Below are positions 37,190 through 47,392 of a stretch of 64,000 bases of DNA, piece after piece (position 1 is the first letter of the stretch; every line of letters begins with the position of its first letter). The stretch is taken from NCBI GenBank assembly GCA_043719295.1, contig JAYSUD010000006.1:17318-81317 (forward strand), read 5' to 3'. The position numbers and the translations under genes were made by a program. Source of the stretch: a bacterium. GTDB taxonomy: Bacteria; Patescibacteriota; Minisyncoccia; Phycocordibacterales; UBA918. The notes beneath the pieces are model-generated. The model searched no databases. It was not told where the DNA came from and saw nothing but the letters and a program-made list of their open reading frames with translations.

Positions 37190-38332
37190 ATGGACTTTGT
37201 ATCACAATTTAAAATAACTAAAGAACCAGGCTCACAAATCAAAATTGAGGGTGAAATTCCTTTTGCTGAACTTCAAAAGCACCGAGATAAAGCTATCAAG
37301 CATCTTGGAAAAAACATGGAGCTCCAAGGATTTCGTAAGGGAAACATTCCAGAAAAAATGGTGGAGGCGCAAGTTGGACCACTTGCCATACTTGAAGAAC
37401 AAGCTGAACGAGCGCTTGCACTTTGTTATCCCGAAGCGCTCAAGCACCATAAAATTGATGCGCTTGGATATCCCCAAATTACACTTACCAAAATTGCTGA
37501 AGGTAACCCCCTTTGCTTTACTGCCGTTGTTGCAGTACTTCCAGAGATTACGCTTCCTGACTTTAAAAAAATTGCTAAAGAAGCAAACACAACAAAAGAA
37601 TCAGACGAGGTAACTGAAGAAGAAGTTAATCAACAAATCAAAGATATTCTTCGCCAAAAACTCGCATATGAACGTCTCCAAGGAAAAGCTGCACAAACCC
37701 ATACACACGAAGACGGTACGGTACATGAAGGAGCGTCACACGATCATCACGAAGATGATGAGGAATCAAAAACACATGAAGAAGTGAAGGCGGTTAGTGA
37801 TACCGAGCTTCCAGAACTTACCGATGCATACGTAGCAACCCTTGGAACCGAGGGTCAGTTTACTACCGTTACTGATTTTAAAGCAAAAATTAAAGAACAT
37901 TTGGCTGTTGAGAAAAAGCAACAGGCGCACGGTGCGCATAGAGCAAAAATTACCGACAAGATTATTGAAGAGACCGTTGTTGACTTGCCTAAAGTACTCA
38001 TTGATTCTGAAATTGAACAGATGTTTGGCCAGATGAAAGAAGACCTCGACCGTGCTCACTTGAAAATTGACGATTACCTTGCACACATTAAAAAAACAAA
38101 AGAAGAGCTACATCAAGAATGGATGCCTGCTGCACAAAAGCGAGCAAAGCTACAACTGGTATTAAACGAGATTGCAAAGAAAGACAGCATCACACCTGAT
38201 CAAGCACAACTTGATGAACAAGTTGACCAACTCCTGAGTCAATACAAAGATGCCGACGAAATGCGTGTACGTGTGTACGTTACGTCAGTAATGACAAACG
38301 AAGCAGTAATGAAGATGCTCGAACAAGCATAA
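37190..38332 (+). CDS. tig: Trigger factor. At 380 aa it is short and may lack a canonical PPIase insert.
   Basis: N-terminal ribosome-binding domain with the GFRKGNIP signature, plus C-terminal arm-like helices. Confidence 0.75.
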   Translation: MDFVSQFKITKEPGSQIKIEGEIPFAELQKHRDKAIKHLGKNMELQGFRKGNIPEKMVEAQVGPLAILEEQAERALALCYPEALKHHKIDALGYPQITLTKIAEGNPLCFTAVVAVLPEITLPDFKKIAKEANTTKESDEVTEEEVNQQIKDILRQKLAYERLQGKAAQTHTHEDGTVHEGASHDHHEDDEESKTHEEVKAVSDTELPELTDAYVATLGTEGQFTTVTDFKAKIKEHLAVEKKQQAHGAHRAKITDKIIEETVVDLPKVLIDSEIEQMFGQMKEDLDRAHLKIDDYLAHIKKTKEELHQEWMPAAQKRAKLQLVLNEIAKKDSITPDQAQLDEQVDQLLSQYKDADEMRVRVYVTSVMTNEAVMKMLEQA

Positions 38333-38478
38333 AACTCAGCTTTTTTAAGAAGAGACATGACGACATATCAAAACCTCAGGCCTATGGTCTGAGGTTTTGA
38401 TATGTTGTGCAGGAAACTATACAAAAGAACTATTATCTTGTAGTCTTTCAGTCGGTTCGCATACGTAAGGGGAGAGTT

Positions 38479-38910
38479 ATGCAATATGTTCTTGTTGCTG
38501 TAGAGCAACTCAATCAGGCAATTGTAAAGTGGCGTGCACAAATTCGTTTTTTTCTTTCAGGGATACTCAGTGATATTGTCTACTATGTATTCTATATATT
38601 CGGCCCAATGGTGTATGGTCCGCACTATCTCTTTGCATCACTTACAGGCTTCATCGCGTATTGGGGAATGAATTTCTTTTTAATGCGTACATGGACTTTC
38701 AAGAGTACCGGTAATGCAAGAAAAGAAATGGGACAGCACTTATTGCTCCACATTGGGTGCCAGACCTTATCAATGTGTGGTTTATATATCCTTATTGAGA
38801 AATTTGGATGGCATTATATTCTTGCGCAAGTACCTATGGCACTGATGTACTTTTGCATCAACTATTTTTTCTCGGTAAAAATATTTAGAAACGATAGTAC
38901 GAAAGACTGA
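38479..38910 (+). CDS. GtrA-family membrane protein.
   Basis: MQYVLVAVEQLNQAIV...; four transmembrane helices with a GtrA-like layout. Confidence 0.55.
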   Translation: MQYVLVAVEQLNQAIVKWRAQIRFFLSGILSDIVYYVFYIFGPMVYGPHYLFASLTGFIAYWGMNFFLMRTWTFKSTGNARKEMGQHLLLHIGCQTLSMCGLYILIEKFGWHYILAQVPMALMYFCINYFFSVKIFRNDSTKD

Positions 38911-39026
38911 CCCTCCCGACAGTGTCGGTGGGGTCACACTTGTTTATTGCTACTTAATTTCTTTTTTACTCAATTTCTGGTACATTAGCACAAGTGGCAG
39001 TTACGATAGTAATTTAATTTTGATAT

Positions 39027-39626
39027 ATGGAAAAACATTCGCACATTAACGATTTTCTGGTACCGATGGTAGTAGAGAAGACACAAGGTGGCGAGCGGGC
39101 GTATGATATTTTTTCAAGACTCTTGAAAGAACGAATCATTTTCGTCACAGGACCTATTGAAGATCATATGGCCAACTTGGTTGTGGCACAGCTCTTATTC
39201 TTGGAATCGGAAGATCCGAAAAAAGATATTTCCTTATATATTAACTCTCCGGGAGGAAGTGTGTCAGCAGGATTAGGCATTGTCGATACTATGAACCACA
39301 TCAAACCTGATGTTTCGACAGTTTGTGTAGGTCTTGCAGCGTCAATGGGTTCAATCATTCTCTCACAAGGAGCAAAAGGAAAGCGGTATGCACTCACAAA
39401 TGCAGAAGTTATGATTCACCAACCATGGGGTGGAGCACAAGGACAGGCAAGTGATATTGAAATCACTGCTCGACATATCCTTAAAACACGTGAACGATTA
39501 AACAAAATGTTAGCAAAAGCCTCAGGAAAAACTCTTGCTGAAATTGAAAAAGACACCGACCGAGACTTCTTCATGGATGCCGTAGAAGCAAAGAAATATG
39601 GGCTTATAGATGAAGTACATAGATGA
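39027..39626 (+). CDS. clpP: ATP-dependent Clp protease proteolytic subunit.
   Basis: [35 protein letters not shown]...[18 protein letters not shown] carries the Ser-His-Asp triad context. Confidence 0.92.
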   Translation: MEKHSHINDFLVPMVVEKTQGGERAYDIFSRLLKERIIFVTGPIEDHMANLVVAQLLFLESEDPKKDISLYINSPGGSVSAGLGIVDTMNHIKPDVSTVCVGLAASMGSIILSQGAKGKRYALTNAEVMIHQPWGGAQGQASDIEITARHILKTRERLNKMLAKASGKTLAEIEKDTDRDFFMDAVEAKKYGLIDEVHR

Positions 39627-39646
39627 AGTAAGTAAACGAGCGTAGC

Positions 39647-39895
39647 GACTATTACGAACTTCGTTCCAAGTTTTTGTTGTTGACCCAGAACATAGTTATA
39701 TGCAATGTTGCTTTGCATAAAACTATGTTCAACAAAAACTTCTGGAACAACTACTCGAACGCAAGATACACTCAGCGACTCATAGCACTCAAGCTTTTGT
39801 AGCGACAATGGCGAACTTCCGTCCCGGTTTCCGCGCTGACCGAGAACGCTAGTGTAGAACCTCAGCGTTAGCTGTGTTCTACACTAACGTTCAGC
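39647..39895. repeat. Two tandem Family B structured repeats. Each has a GTAGCGAC...CGAACTTC box followed by a roughly 25-bp hairpin carrying a CC(C/G)AG bulge.
   Basis: 39647-39750: box, then GTTGTTGACCCAGAACATAGTT...AACTATGTTCAACAA. 39804-39892: GTAGCGACAATGGCGAACTTC, then CGCTGACCGAGAACGCTAGTGTAGAAC...GTTCTACACTAACGTTCAGCG. Confidence 0.7.
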
Positions 39896-40007
39896 GAAAA
39901 CCGCTGGACGTCTCCAAAACCAAAATTAACTCTATCTCCTGGAACTCTCCAACGCCGACATAACCCTGCACGTCCTAGCTACACTAACAACCGCTACAAA
40001 TACAACT

Positions 40008-40047
40008 AAAAGACCAAGAGAGGCTAAGTCCTTCTTGGTCTTTTTTC
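40008..40047 (+). terminator. Terminator, AGACCAAGA-...-TCTTGGTCT plus TTTTTT, ending the clpP transcription unit.
   Basis: Hairpin plus T6. Confidence 0.7.
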
Positions 40048-40143
40048 TACCTCTTCCTTTAGTGCTTAGAGTCTGCTAAAGTGCATGTAACAGTATCCTC
40101 TGGAACCAACTTTCCATACTGTTTTATTACTTAGAAAAACCCT

Positions 40144-41670
40144 ATGCCCTTGATAACGTTAGCTGCATTAATTGCAGCATTACTTATCGGCATTGCTTTT
40201 GGATACTACCTTCGATACCTCCACGCCCTCTCGAAGAAAGCATCTATTGAACTTGAAATAAAAGAAAAAGCGCTAGAAGCAGACGAAAAAGCGCTTAAAA
40301 TTATTGAAAAAGCGGAAGCGAAAGCCGAAAAGATTGCTGAAGAAGCAAAACAAGAACTAAAAGAAAAGGAAGATAAGAACAAACACAAAGAAGAGCGTTT
40401 GGAGAAAAAAGAAGAACTTCTTGATGAACGACAAATTAGCCTCGACTCAGAGAAAGAAGCAGTCCGTTCAAAAATTGAAGAAGTTAAAAACTTGAAGACT
40501 CGCCTTGACGAACGTAAAGGTGAACTTGATGTGAAACTTGAAGAAGTAGCTTCACTCTCACAAGAAGAAGCATTTTTGATGGTTGTAGATCGCATGACCA
40601 TTGAACGGGCACAAGACCTATCAGTTCGTGTCCAAAAACTATCATTTGCAGGAGAAGAAGCGTTTGAAGCAAAGGCTCAAAACATTTTACTTGCAGCAAT
40701 GCATCGGGTTGGTAACAACATGCCGAGTAACGTGATGACTTCAAACGTTGAACTTCCAAGTGATGACCTTAAAGGTAAAGTCATTGGTAAAGAAGGGCGA
40801 AACGTTCGTGCATTTGAACGTGCAACAGGTGTTGATGTGCTCATTGATGAGACTCCAGGATACATAACTTTGTCATCGTTTGATCCGATTCGCCGTGAGA
40901 TTGCAAGAACCGCACTTGAAGCACTCTTAAAAGACGGTCGTATTCAACCAGCAAAAATTGAAGAGGCTGTTGAAGAAGCGAGAAAAGAAGTGTCAGCAAT
41001 GGTTCGAAAAACGGGAGAGAAAGCAGCGTATGAAGCAAACGTGCCAAACCTCCACCCCGATTTACTTACCATCTTGGGACGCCTCCACTTCCGAACGAGT
41101 TATAGTCAAAATGTGCTTGCTCACTCAGTTGAGATGGCACATATGGCAGCAATTATCGCAGAAGAAGTTGGAGCGGACGTTGCTGTGGCAAGAGCTGGCG
41201 CACTCCTTCACGATATTGGAAAGACGGTAAGTCACGAGGTCCAAGGAACGCACGTTGAAATCGGTATTCGTATCCTTCAGAAATATGACGTCGATGAAAA
41301 GGTAATCCTTGCTATGCGTGCACACCATGAGGAATATCCGTACGAGACACCAGAATCAATCATTGTCCAAGTATGTGATGCATTGTCAGGTAGTAGACCA
41401 GGAGCCCGACGTGACTCAATTGAAAATTATATCAAACGTCTAACTGAACTTGAGGCTATAGCGACGAGTATTACTGGGGTTGATAAAGCATTTGCAATTG
41501 CAGCAGGTCGAGAGATACGCGTTCTTGTGAACCCTGAAGTACTTTCAGACTTTGACAGTACAACGTTAGCGCGCACTATCGCTATGAATATTGAAGCACA
41601 ATTGCGATACCCCGGTGAGATTAAGGTGCATGTTATTAGAGAGACACGAGTAGTTTCATACGCCCGATAG
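40144..41670 (+). CDS. rny: Ribonuclease Y.
   Basis: N-terminal transmembrane helix, coiled coil, KH domain (GKVIGKEGRNVRAFERATGVD) and HD domain (LLHDIGK). Confidence 0.9.
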   Translation: MPLITLAALIAALLIGIAFGYYLRYLHALSKKASIELEIKEKALEADEKALKIIEKAEAKAEKIAEEAKQELKEKEDKNKHKEERLEKKEELLDERQISLDSEKEAVRSKIEEVKNLKTRLDERKGELDVKLEEVASLSQEEAFLMVVDRMTIERAQDLSVRVQKLSFAGEEAFEAKAQNILLAAMHRVGNNMPSNVMTSNVELPSDDLKGKVIGKEGRNVRAFERATGVDVLIDETPGYITLSSFDPIRREIARTALEALLKDGRIQPAKIEEAVEEARKEVSAMVRKTGEKAAYEANVPNLHPDLLTILGRLHFRTSYSQNVLAHSVEMAHMAAIIAEEVGADVAVARAGALLHDIGKTVSHEVQGTHVEIGIRILQKYDVDEKVILAMRAHHEEYPYETPESIIVQVCDALSGSRPGARRDSIENYIKRLTELEAIATSITGVDKAFAIAAGREIRVLVNPEVLSDFDSTTLARTIAMNIEAQLRYPGEIKVHVIRETRVVSYAR

Positions 41671-41707
41671 ACGTTTTCTAAGACCTCATCTACTTTGTTG
41701 GACTGCA

Positions 41708-41752
41708 GAAATTTTTCCTCACCGTACGCCATGTACGGCTCGCAAAAATTTC
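41708..41752. repeat. Family A core hairpin, copy 5, GAAATTTTTCCTCACCGTACGCCATGTACGGCTCGCAAAAATTTC.
   Basis: It has the same CCGTAC-N5-GTACGG core and AAATTTTT/AAAAATTT outer arms as the copies at 10505 and 11268. Confidence 0.65.
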
Positions 41753-41805
41753 ATTGTCCGCCGCGTATCTGAAGCCTTATAAAACGTCTATACAATATGA
41801 ATACA

Positions 41806-41842
41806 CAAAAAACAGGAGAGACTTTGTCTCTCCTGTTTTTTG
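41806..41842. terminator. Bidirectional terminator, AAAAAACAGGAGAGAC-ttt-GTCTCTCCTGTTTTTT.
   Basis: A perfect 16-bp stem lying between rny(+) and the 41854(-) gene. Confidence 0.85.
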
Positions 41843-41853
41843 TTGTTCTCAAA

Positions 41854-42417
41854 TTACTCTAGCTTCGTTGCAACTACAAACGTTGTGTAGTTGTATTTCA
41901 AGTCCTGTATTGATTCTTCAAGGATATCTAGTCCATAGAGCGTTGCGCATCCTCGCGAGGCTATAACTGCAGTTGTATCAGGAAGTATGCCCGACGCTAA
42001 ATCGCTTGCCGCTTGTGCAGTGTCAGCATACGGCACAATGTCAGCATTACCCCACATACGTTTGATGTACATTCGACATTGTTTAATCGCCTGATCGTGT
42101 GATGAGATGGAGGTTACATGTGACGCAGTTGTTCCTTTCTTCACCAAGAGCATGTGATGCACATCAAGTTCAAACATTTTTTCAATAGCAAATGTATGTT
42201 TTGCCATGGCATACACAGCCTCAAGTACGATACCACCATTTGAATTTTCAATCGGGAAAATAGCCTTATTGCAGGCCCCTGTTTCAAGTGCCGACAGAAC
42301 AGCTTCGGCAGTAATAAGCGGAACTATCTCTCCTTGCTCTATATGTTCATTTTTAATATACGTTTCTCCCGCTTTCTCAGAGAAACTTCCCCGTGCACCC
42401 ATAACTCCAATCTTCAT
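41854..42417 (-). CDS. Prephenate dehydratase, PDT domain only with no ACT domain.
   Basis: MKIGVMGARGSFSE...FPIENSNGGIV... It is only 188 aa. Confidence 0.7.
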   Translation of the reverse strand: MKIGVMGARGSFSEKAGETYIKNEHIEQGEIVPLITAEAVLSALETGACNKAIFPIENSNGGIVLEAVYAMAKHTFAIEKMFELDVHHMLLVKKGTTASHVTSISSHDQAIKQCRMYIKRMWGNADIVPYADTAQAASDLASGILPDTTAVIASRGCATLYGLDILEESIQDLKYNYTTFVVATKLE

Positions 42418-42568
42418 ACAAAACACATTAGTTTACTAATACAGAACTATTACATATTTAATTTTTCAACACAAATTACTATTCATATCTCCAAATATAC
42501 GTTTCAAGAATGAGGAAATTAAAAAACTGAAAAATAACTACAACACACAAAGTTATCTTTACAAGTCG

Positions 42569-42596
42569 TTGCAGGTATAAAACCTTACTATATAAT
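42569..42596 (+). promoter_or_regulatory. Sigma-70-like promoter for hup, with -35 TTGCAG, a 16-bp spacer and -10 TATAAT.
   Basis: The hexamers lie about 90 bp upstream of ATG 42689. Confidence 0.5.
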
Positions 42597-42688
42597 GTTT
42601 CTAAGCCAAATAATAAGGCAGGGCATCAGAAAGAAGAACTGATGCAAAAAGTATTTTTACTCACCATTTAGAATAATAATGGATTCAT

Positions 42689-42961
42689 ATGAACAAGGCA
42701 GATATCATCAACAAAGTACATGAAGAACTAGGTATCACAAAAACTGATGCTGAAAAAGCAGTTGAGACCGTATTATCAAGTATCGTTGATACACTTGTTT
42801 CAGGACAAGAAGTATCTATCGCTGGACTAGGTATTTTCTCAGCTAAGATGCGAAATGCACGAACAGCACGAAATCCACGAACAGGTGAGGCAATCGAGGT
42901 ACCCGCAATGCGCGTTCCAAAATTCCGAGCTGCAAAGGCGCTCAAGGACGCAGTAAAATAG
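42689..42961 (+). CDS. hup: DNA-binding protein HU.
   Basis: MNKADIINKVHEELGITKTDAEKAVE...RNPRTGEAIEVPAMRVPKFRAAKALKDAV. Confidence 0.9.
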   Translation: MNKADIINKVHEELGITKTDAEKAVETVLSSIVDTLVSGQEVSIAGLGIFSAKMRNARTARNPRTGEAIEVPAMRVPKFRAAKALKDAVK

Positions 42962-42978
42962 TCTTATCTTACTGATAT

Positions 42979-43010
42979 AAAAAGCTCGCAATTATAGTGC
43001 GAGCTTTTTA
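42979..43010 (+). terminator. hup terminator, AAAAGCTCGCA-attatag-TGCGAGCTTTTT.
   Basis: Hairpin plus T-run 18 bp after the stop. Confidence 0.8.
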
Positions 43011-43235
43011 TATGCTTGATTATGAAGATACGTAATACACACACAATAATAGAGTACTTAAAGCTACATGCTATACTGTATAGGTAGCGGAGGTAATAAC
43101 GCTATGAGGATACGCAAAGAGTAAAATCTTGCTATTCCCATCACAAAACAAGAAGCCCTTTAGCCGGGGCTTTTTGTTTTCCCAATTAACTTAAAATCTC
43201 CAGTCATTTTTGCTATACTTTAAAAAGATTTTTGT

Positions 43236-43754
43236 ATGAAAACAAAAGGATTCACATTAATTGAGCTACTTGTTGTTATTGCTATCATTGGAATACTCGC
43301 AAGCGTTATACTCGCAAGCTTAGACGCTGCACGGGTCAAGGCAAGGGATGTTAAACGTATTGGTGATGCACGTGCAGTATTGCAAGCTCTTGAACTATAT
43401 TATTTGGATAATGGCCATTACCCCTGTAGTGGATTTAGTTATTCTAATAATCCTAATTTTTTGTCTGTACTTGTAAGTGGCAATTATCTCTCTGAAAGAG
43501 TCACCGATCCTATAAATACCGGCGGGAATATTTACGGGTATACTTCATTAAAAGATAACGTTCCCGGTAGTCAATGTGGTAAATATGCTCTTTTTACATA
43601 CGATGTTGAATCCTCTCCAGGTCAATGTATCCAAGACGGGCAATTTGTTAGCGCAACGCATTGTCATATCCCCTGGCCAACACCACTACCTTGTGGTGAT
43701 CCATGGATGGATAACGATAATTTAACAACGTGTACTACGTTATCTATTAATTAA
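43236..43754 (+). CDS. pilA: Type IV major pilin with a prepilin N-terminal methylation motif.
   Basis: MKTKG|FTLIELLVVIAIIGILASVIL; contains C-terminal Cys residues. Confidence 0.8.
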   Translation: MKTKGFTLIELLVVIAIIGILASVILASLDAARVKARDVKRIGDARAVLQALELYYLDNGHYPCSGFSYSNNPNFLSVLVSGNYLSERVTDPINTGGNIYGYTSLKDNVPGSQCGKYALFTYDVESSPGQCIQDGQFVSATHCHIPWPTPLPCGDPWMDNDNLTTCTTLSIN

Positions 43755-43755
43755 C

Positions 43756-43947
43756 ATGAAACAAAATACACTACTCAATTTGATTATAAAAAACTCATTT
43801 GGAATAATCCGTACTACAGAACAAGCTACTAAATTTTTATTGGTGATAACGGCAATACTAGTTTGTACATCTATTTTTATACTGACAAGGTCAGGAGCTG
43901 TAGAAAACGAGAACCCGCATTATAAGTCTCAAAACGTTAGGGAGTAG
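43756..43947 (+). CDS. Hypothetical small membrane protein of 63 aa.
   Basis: ORF with a single hydrophobic helix, FLLVITAILVCTSIFIL. Confidence 0.3.
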   Translation: MKQNTLLNLIIKNSFGIIRTTEQATKFLLVITAILVCTSIFILTRSGAVENENPHYKSQNVRE

Positions 43948-43961
43948 TGCACTAAAAACTT

Positions 43962-44285
43962 TTATATACTTTCAAGCTGATATACATCAATAGAAACCTC
44001 TTCGTAGGGATGCACAGCCTTTATGGCTTCAACTACTTCTTTTAAAATATCTCGAGACAAAACTACTTCGATACGCTCTTCTTCAACTGTTTCAAGTTGA
44101 GCTATTTTTCCAATGTGTGGAGTTGCCCCTTCTGCAGGCTTAAAGCGCCCAGTAACCATTGAGGATATTGAGCAGAAGTCATAGTTTCCTAACTTCCCTG
44201 CTCTTGCGTTACCCATAGCATCACGCACAATGTCAGCATGTGAAAGTGGGACAGTAACGACGAGTTTTAGATCATTTGGTGACAT
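43962..44285 (-). CDS. Small conserved protein with an HPYEE motif. It may be PII-like/CutA-like or Nif3 C-terminal-like, but the fold is not established.
   Basis: KLVVTVPLSHADIVRDAMGNARAGKLGNYDFCSISS...AIKAVHPYEEVSIDVYQL. Confidence 0.45.
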   Translation of the reverse strand: MSPNDLKLVVTVPLSHADIVRDAMGNARAGKLGNYDFCSISSMVTGRFKPAEGATPHIGKIAQLETVEEERIEVVLSRDILKEVVEAIKAVHPYEEVSIDVYQLESI

Positions 44286-44361
44286 ATAGAGATAGTGTAG
44301 CAGACATGACGATGGCGGGGAATAAGTTCCCCGCCATAAATATTACCAAAAGCTTTACTCA

Positions 44362-44745
44362 TCATTCAACCAAAGGGCTGAGCAGACAAGCTATATTGCT
44401 CGGCTCCCATCTGCGCTTGTTCACCAGCGTTGCTTTGAACTCCGCACACAACACAGTCAGAGATGTACCGGTGATATCTCGATCACTTGCTGAGAACAGC
44501 GTAAACGGAATATGTAAGAACCTCGAATCCGCCCGAACGTCACAAAGTAACTGACCGCCTGTCATCTTCGGCATGTCGTAGTCAGAAATGATATACTCGG
44601 GAAGTTTGGGCATTTTGTTGCACAAAAGATTCCATGCAACTTGTCCATCTTTAGCAGAGACAACGTCGTGTCCGTCGCGCTTAAGTCGCATTGCGAGCCT
44701 TTCACGGATCTCACCCTCATCATCTACATGCAAAATCAAAGCCAT
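44362..44745 (-). CDS. Stand-alone response-regulator receiver domain protein (CheY-like).
   Basis: MALILHVDDEGEIRE...IISDYDMPKMTGGQLL... Confidence 0.65.
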   Translation of the reverse strand: MALILHVDDEGEIRERLAMRLKRDGHDVVSAKDGQVAWNLLCNKMPKLPEYIISDYDMPKMTGGQLLCDVRADSRFLHIPFTLFSASDRDITGTSLTVLCAEFKATLVNKRRWEPSNIACLLSPLVE

Positions 44746-44938
44746 AGTTATCTCCCTTTGATTCAAGTCACCATCCACTATTGTGGCGTGAGGAAACTAT
44801 ATACTTATATAAAAGTGTTTACAAGAGTGAGGGGAATCGGCCTCAAGTAAACAACCCAGAGGGACTTTTCGAGATATATGATTATGGTTTTCACTAATTC
44901 AGGCATTCTTCAGCTAAATAAGGTAGGATTAAAGGGTC

Positions 44939-45610
44939 ATGAAAATAGTCCTGGTTGAAGATAATCAGACTTTGCAAAAGAGTATTGCCAAAGTGCTGAT
45001 CGACAAAGGTCATCGTGTTCAGGTTTTTTCTGATGGTGAGTCAGCTTTGAAGTGGCTAATGGTAGAACACGAGACTGTGGACGTCTGCATTTTTGATTAC
45101 ATGCTACCCGAGCTCGATGGAGTGTCACTGACATCGCTCTTGCGAGCTGCCAATATAGCCATTCCGATACTGATGCTCACAGCACGAGACACACTCAGTG
45201 ACAAGGTCGCAGGACTTGAGAGTGGGGTAGATTACTATCTTACTAAACCATTCGAGTTTGACGAACTGCTTGTCTGTTTGAAGGTGTTATACCGTCGCCC
45301 ACTGACGTATCAAGTAGAAGAAGTTGAGATTGCGCCTTTGACCACGTGTAACTTACACAACCATAGCGTGTCGGTTGTAGGGAAGGACATACTCCTGACA
45401 CCAACCGAGTTTTTAATTTTAGAATATCTAATCAGACATCGAGGCATGCCGGTTTCGCAACACGAGTTGTATGAGCACGTATTTGATTTTGCTAAAGAAA
45501 ACTGGAGTAACACCATTGAGGTGCACATAAAGAATTTACGTAAAAAATTACAAATTAAAGAGTATGACAATCCCATCAAAACCCTTCGCGGAGTTGGCTA
45601 CACGTTATAA
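44939..45610 (+). CDS. OmpR-family response regulator.
   Basis: Receiver domain (DYMLPELDG...LMLTARD) and winged-helix domain (LTPTEFLILEYL...IEVHIKNLRKKL). Confidence 0.85.
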   Translation: MKIVLVEDNQTLQKSIAKVLIDKGHRVQVFSDGESALKWLMVEHETVDVCIFDYMLPELDGVSLTSLLRAANIAIPILMLTARDTLSDKVAGLESGVDYYLTKPFEFDELLVCLKVLYRRPLTYQVEEVEIAPLTTCNLHNHSVSVVGKDILLTPTEFLILEYLIRHRGMPVSQHELYEHVFDFAKENWSNTIEVHIKNLRKKLQIKEYDNPIKTLRGVGYTL

Positions 45611-46745
45611 GTTTGATGACTTTTTCCGAGCCCGCATCAGATTAACATTACTCTATACGTTAGTAATGACTTTGGTATTGCTCTTTTTTTCCATCTTTCT
45701 GTTTGTGCGAGTCGAACAGCAACTGATAAAACTTTCTGCCAATAGTGGTTCCTCACAATTTATTTCAAAAGAGAAAGCTGTTGCTATAGCAGAGTCACAG
45801 AGTCCTCAAGCACACGTAACTGACATTACAGAAGAGTCACTTCATGACAAGCTGGTCTACGTAGTTGAAATGTACCAAAACCAACAAGAGACAGATGTAT
45901 ATGTTGACCGTGTTACGGGACTTATTTTGTCATCTGCAGATGATGGCGAGGAAGTAGAAACATTTAATGACGTCTTAATAAATGACTTTGAGGAAAACCT
46001 ACTTTGGGCAAATGCAGTTGTTTTACTACTTACAATTTTTCTTAGCTATTTTTTAGCCGGAGCTACACTACGCCCAATCCAGAGGAAAATGAAGCAGCAA
46101 GAACAGTTTAGTCTCGATGTTGCTCACGAAATTCGCACACCACTATCTGCTATTACGGCAGCCGCCGACTCGGTGTTAATAAAAGAAGAGACGGTACCAA
46201 CCTATCAAGAGACACTACTAGACATCAAACGAGAAGCTAAACGTCTTAGTGGTCTCACTGAAGACTTGCTCGCTACTGCTACAGGCGCTAAGCGGACAGA
46301 ATTTGTAGTAGTTGACATACGTGAGGTTATTCATTGTGTGGTACATAGATTGGCGGGACAAGCGCATGAAAAAGATATCCGACTTGATTTGATGGTGGAA
46401 CAAGCGTTTTCGACTTTTGGTAATAAAATTATGCTGGAACGAATGATAGAAAACGTTGTGCATAATGCCATTAAATTTAGTCACAATGGAGGCATGGTGA
46501 AAATTATCCTCAAAGATAGAATGGTCAGTATTTCAGACTCTGGTATTGGTATGTCACCTGAAAACCAAGCTCACATTTTCGAACGTTTTTATAGTGCTGA
46601 TACTTCCCGCAATGAGTACAATAAAAACGGCGTCGGCCTCGGACTTTCAATTGTCCGCAAGATTGCTGATATCCATAAAATTGCCATTCACATTGACAGT
46701 GAGCAAAGTCACGGCACCGTATTCCAATTCTCATTTCTTCAGTAA
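45564..46745 (+). CDS. Sensor histidine kinase.
   Basis: H-box HEIRTPLSAI; HATPase region GGMVKIIL...DSGIGMS...GVGLGLSIV. It overlaps the response-regulator stop. Confidence 0.85.
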   Translation: MTIPSKPFAELATRYKFDDFFRARIRLTLLYTLVMTLVLLFFSIFLFVRVEQQLIKLSANSGSSQFISKEKAVAIAESQSPQAHVTDITEESLHDKLVYVVEMYQNQQETDVYVDRVTGLILSSADDGEEVETFNDVLINDFEENLLWANAVVLLLTIFLSYFLAGATLRPIQRKMKQQEQFSLDVAHEIRTPLSAITAAADSVLIKEETVPTYQETLLDIKREAKRLSGLTEDLLATATGAKRTEFVVVDIREVIHCVVHRLAGQAHEKDIRLDLMVEQAFSTFGNKIMLERMIENVVHNAIKFSHNGGMVKIILKDRMVSISDSGIGMSPENQAHIFERFYSADTSRNEYNKNGVGLGLSIVRKIADIHKIAIHIDSEQSHGTVFQFSFLQ

Positions 46746-46801
46746 GACTTCAGCTGTAATACGTAGACTTAATTAGTACATTTACTAATTAAAAATTATT
46801 T

Positions 46802-47392
46802 ATGGATCAAGTCTTTAATATTTCTCTGTACAGTCACGTTTTTGTATATTTGTTTTTAGATATAGTCACCATACTGATCTTTAGTTGGGGTATATATTTT
46901 AAGCGTTATTCTGACAGAGAAGGAGTGGTGACATACGTACTCTTCAATGTATTTGTGTTTGTTGTAGTAACTGCATTCTTGCATGCAAAAGAAGGCATAG
47001 ACGCTGGCTTTGGCTTTGGTTTATTTGCGGTTCTCTCACTTATTACACTCCGTAGTGAGACACTCACACGCACAAATATCACCTTCTTCTTCGGGAGTCT
47101 CTCCATTGCCCTCATTAATGCACTTTCACTAGAAAGTCTGGTTGTGGTCTTACTCCTTAACGGTATAATTCTGGCTTCGACTTGGATTATTGACCATCCA
47201 CATCTCTTAAGTGGCGTACAAAATATGAAGATAGTACTTGACCATATTCCAGCAGGCTTGTTGGATACTAATCCAGTGACACTTACTGAGCTCAGTGAGT
47301 CCCTTGGTGTACAGGTACTTACCTACACGGTTATAAACATTAACCAGGTAAAGGACACAGTAAAACTTGAAATTGCGTATAAAAAAATATGA
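46802..47392 (+). CDS. DUF4956-like membrane protein.
   Basis: It has 4-5 transmembrane helices and a conserved C-terminal region. It lies next to a VTC-domain gene, which is the typical pairing. Confidence 0.55.
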   Translation: MDQVFNISLYSHVFVYLFLDIVTILIFSWGIYFKRYSDREGVVTYVLFNVFVFVVVTAFLHAKEGIDAGFGFGLFAVLSLITLRSETLTRTNITFFFGSLSIALINALSLESLVVVLLLNGIILASTWIIDHPHLLSGVQNMKIVLDHIPAGLLDTNPVTLTELSESLGVQVLTYTVININQVKDTVKLEIAYKKI

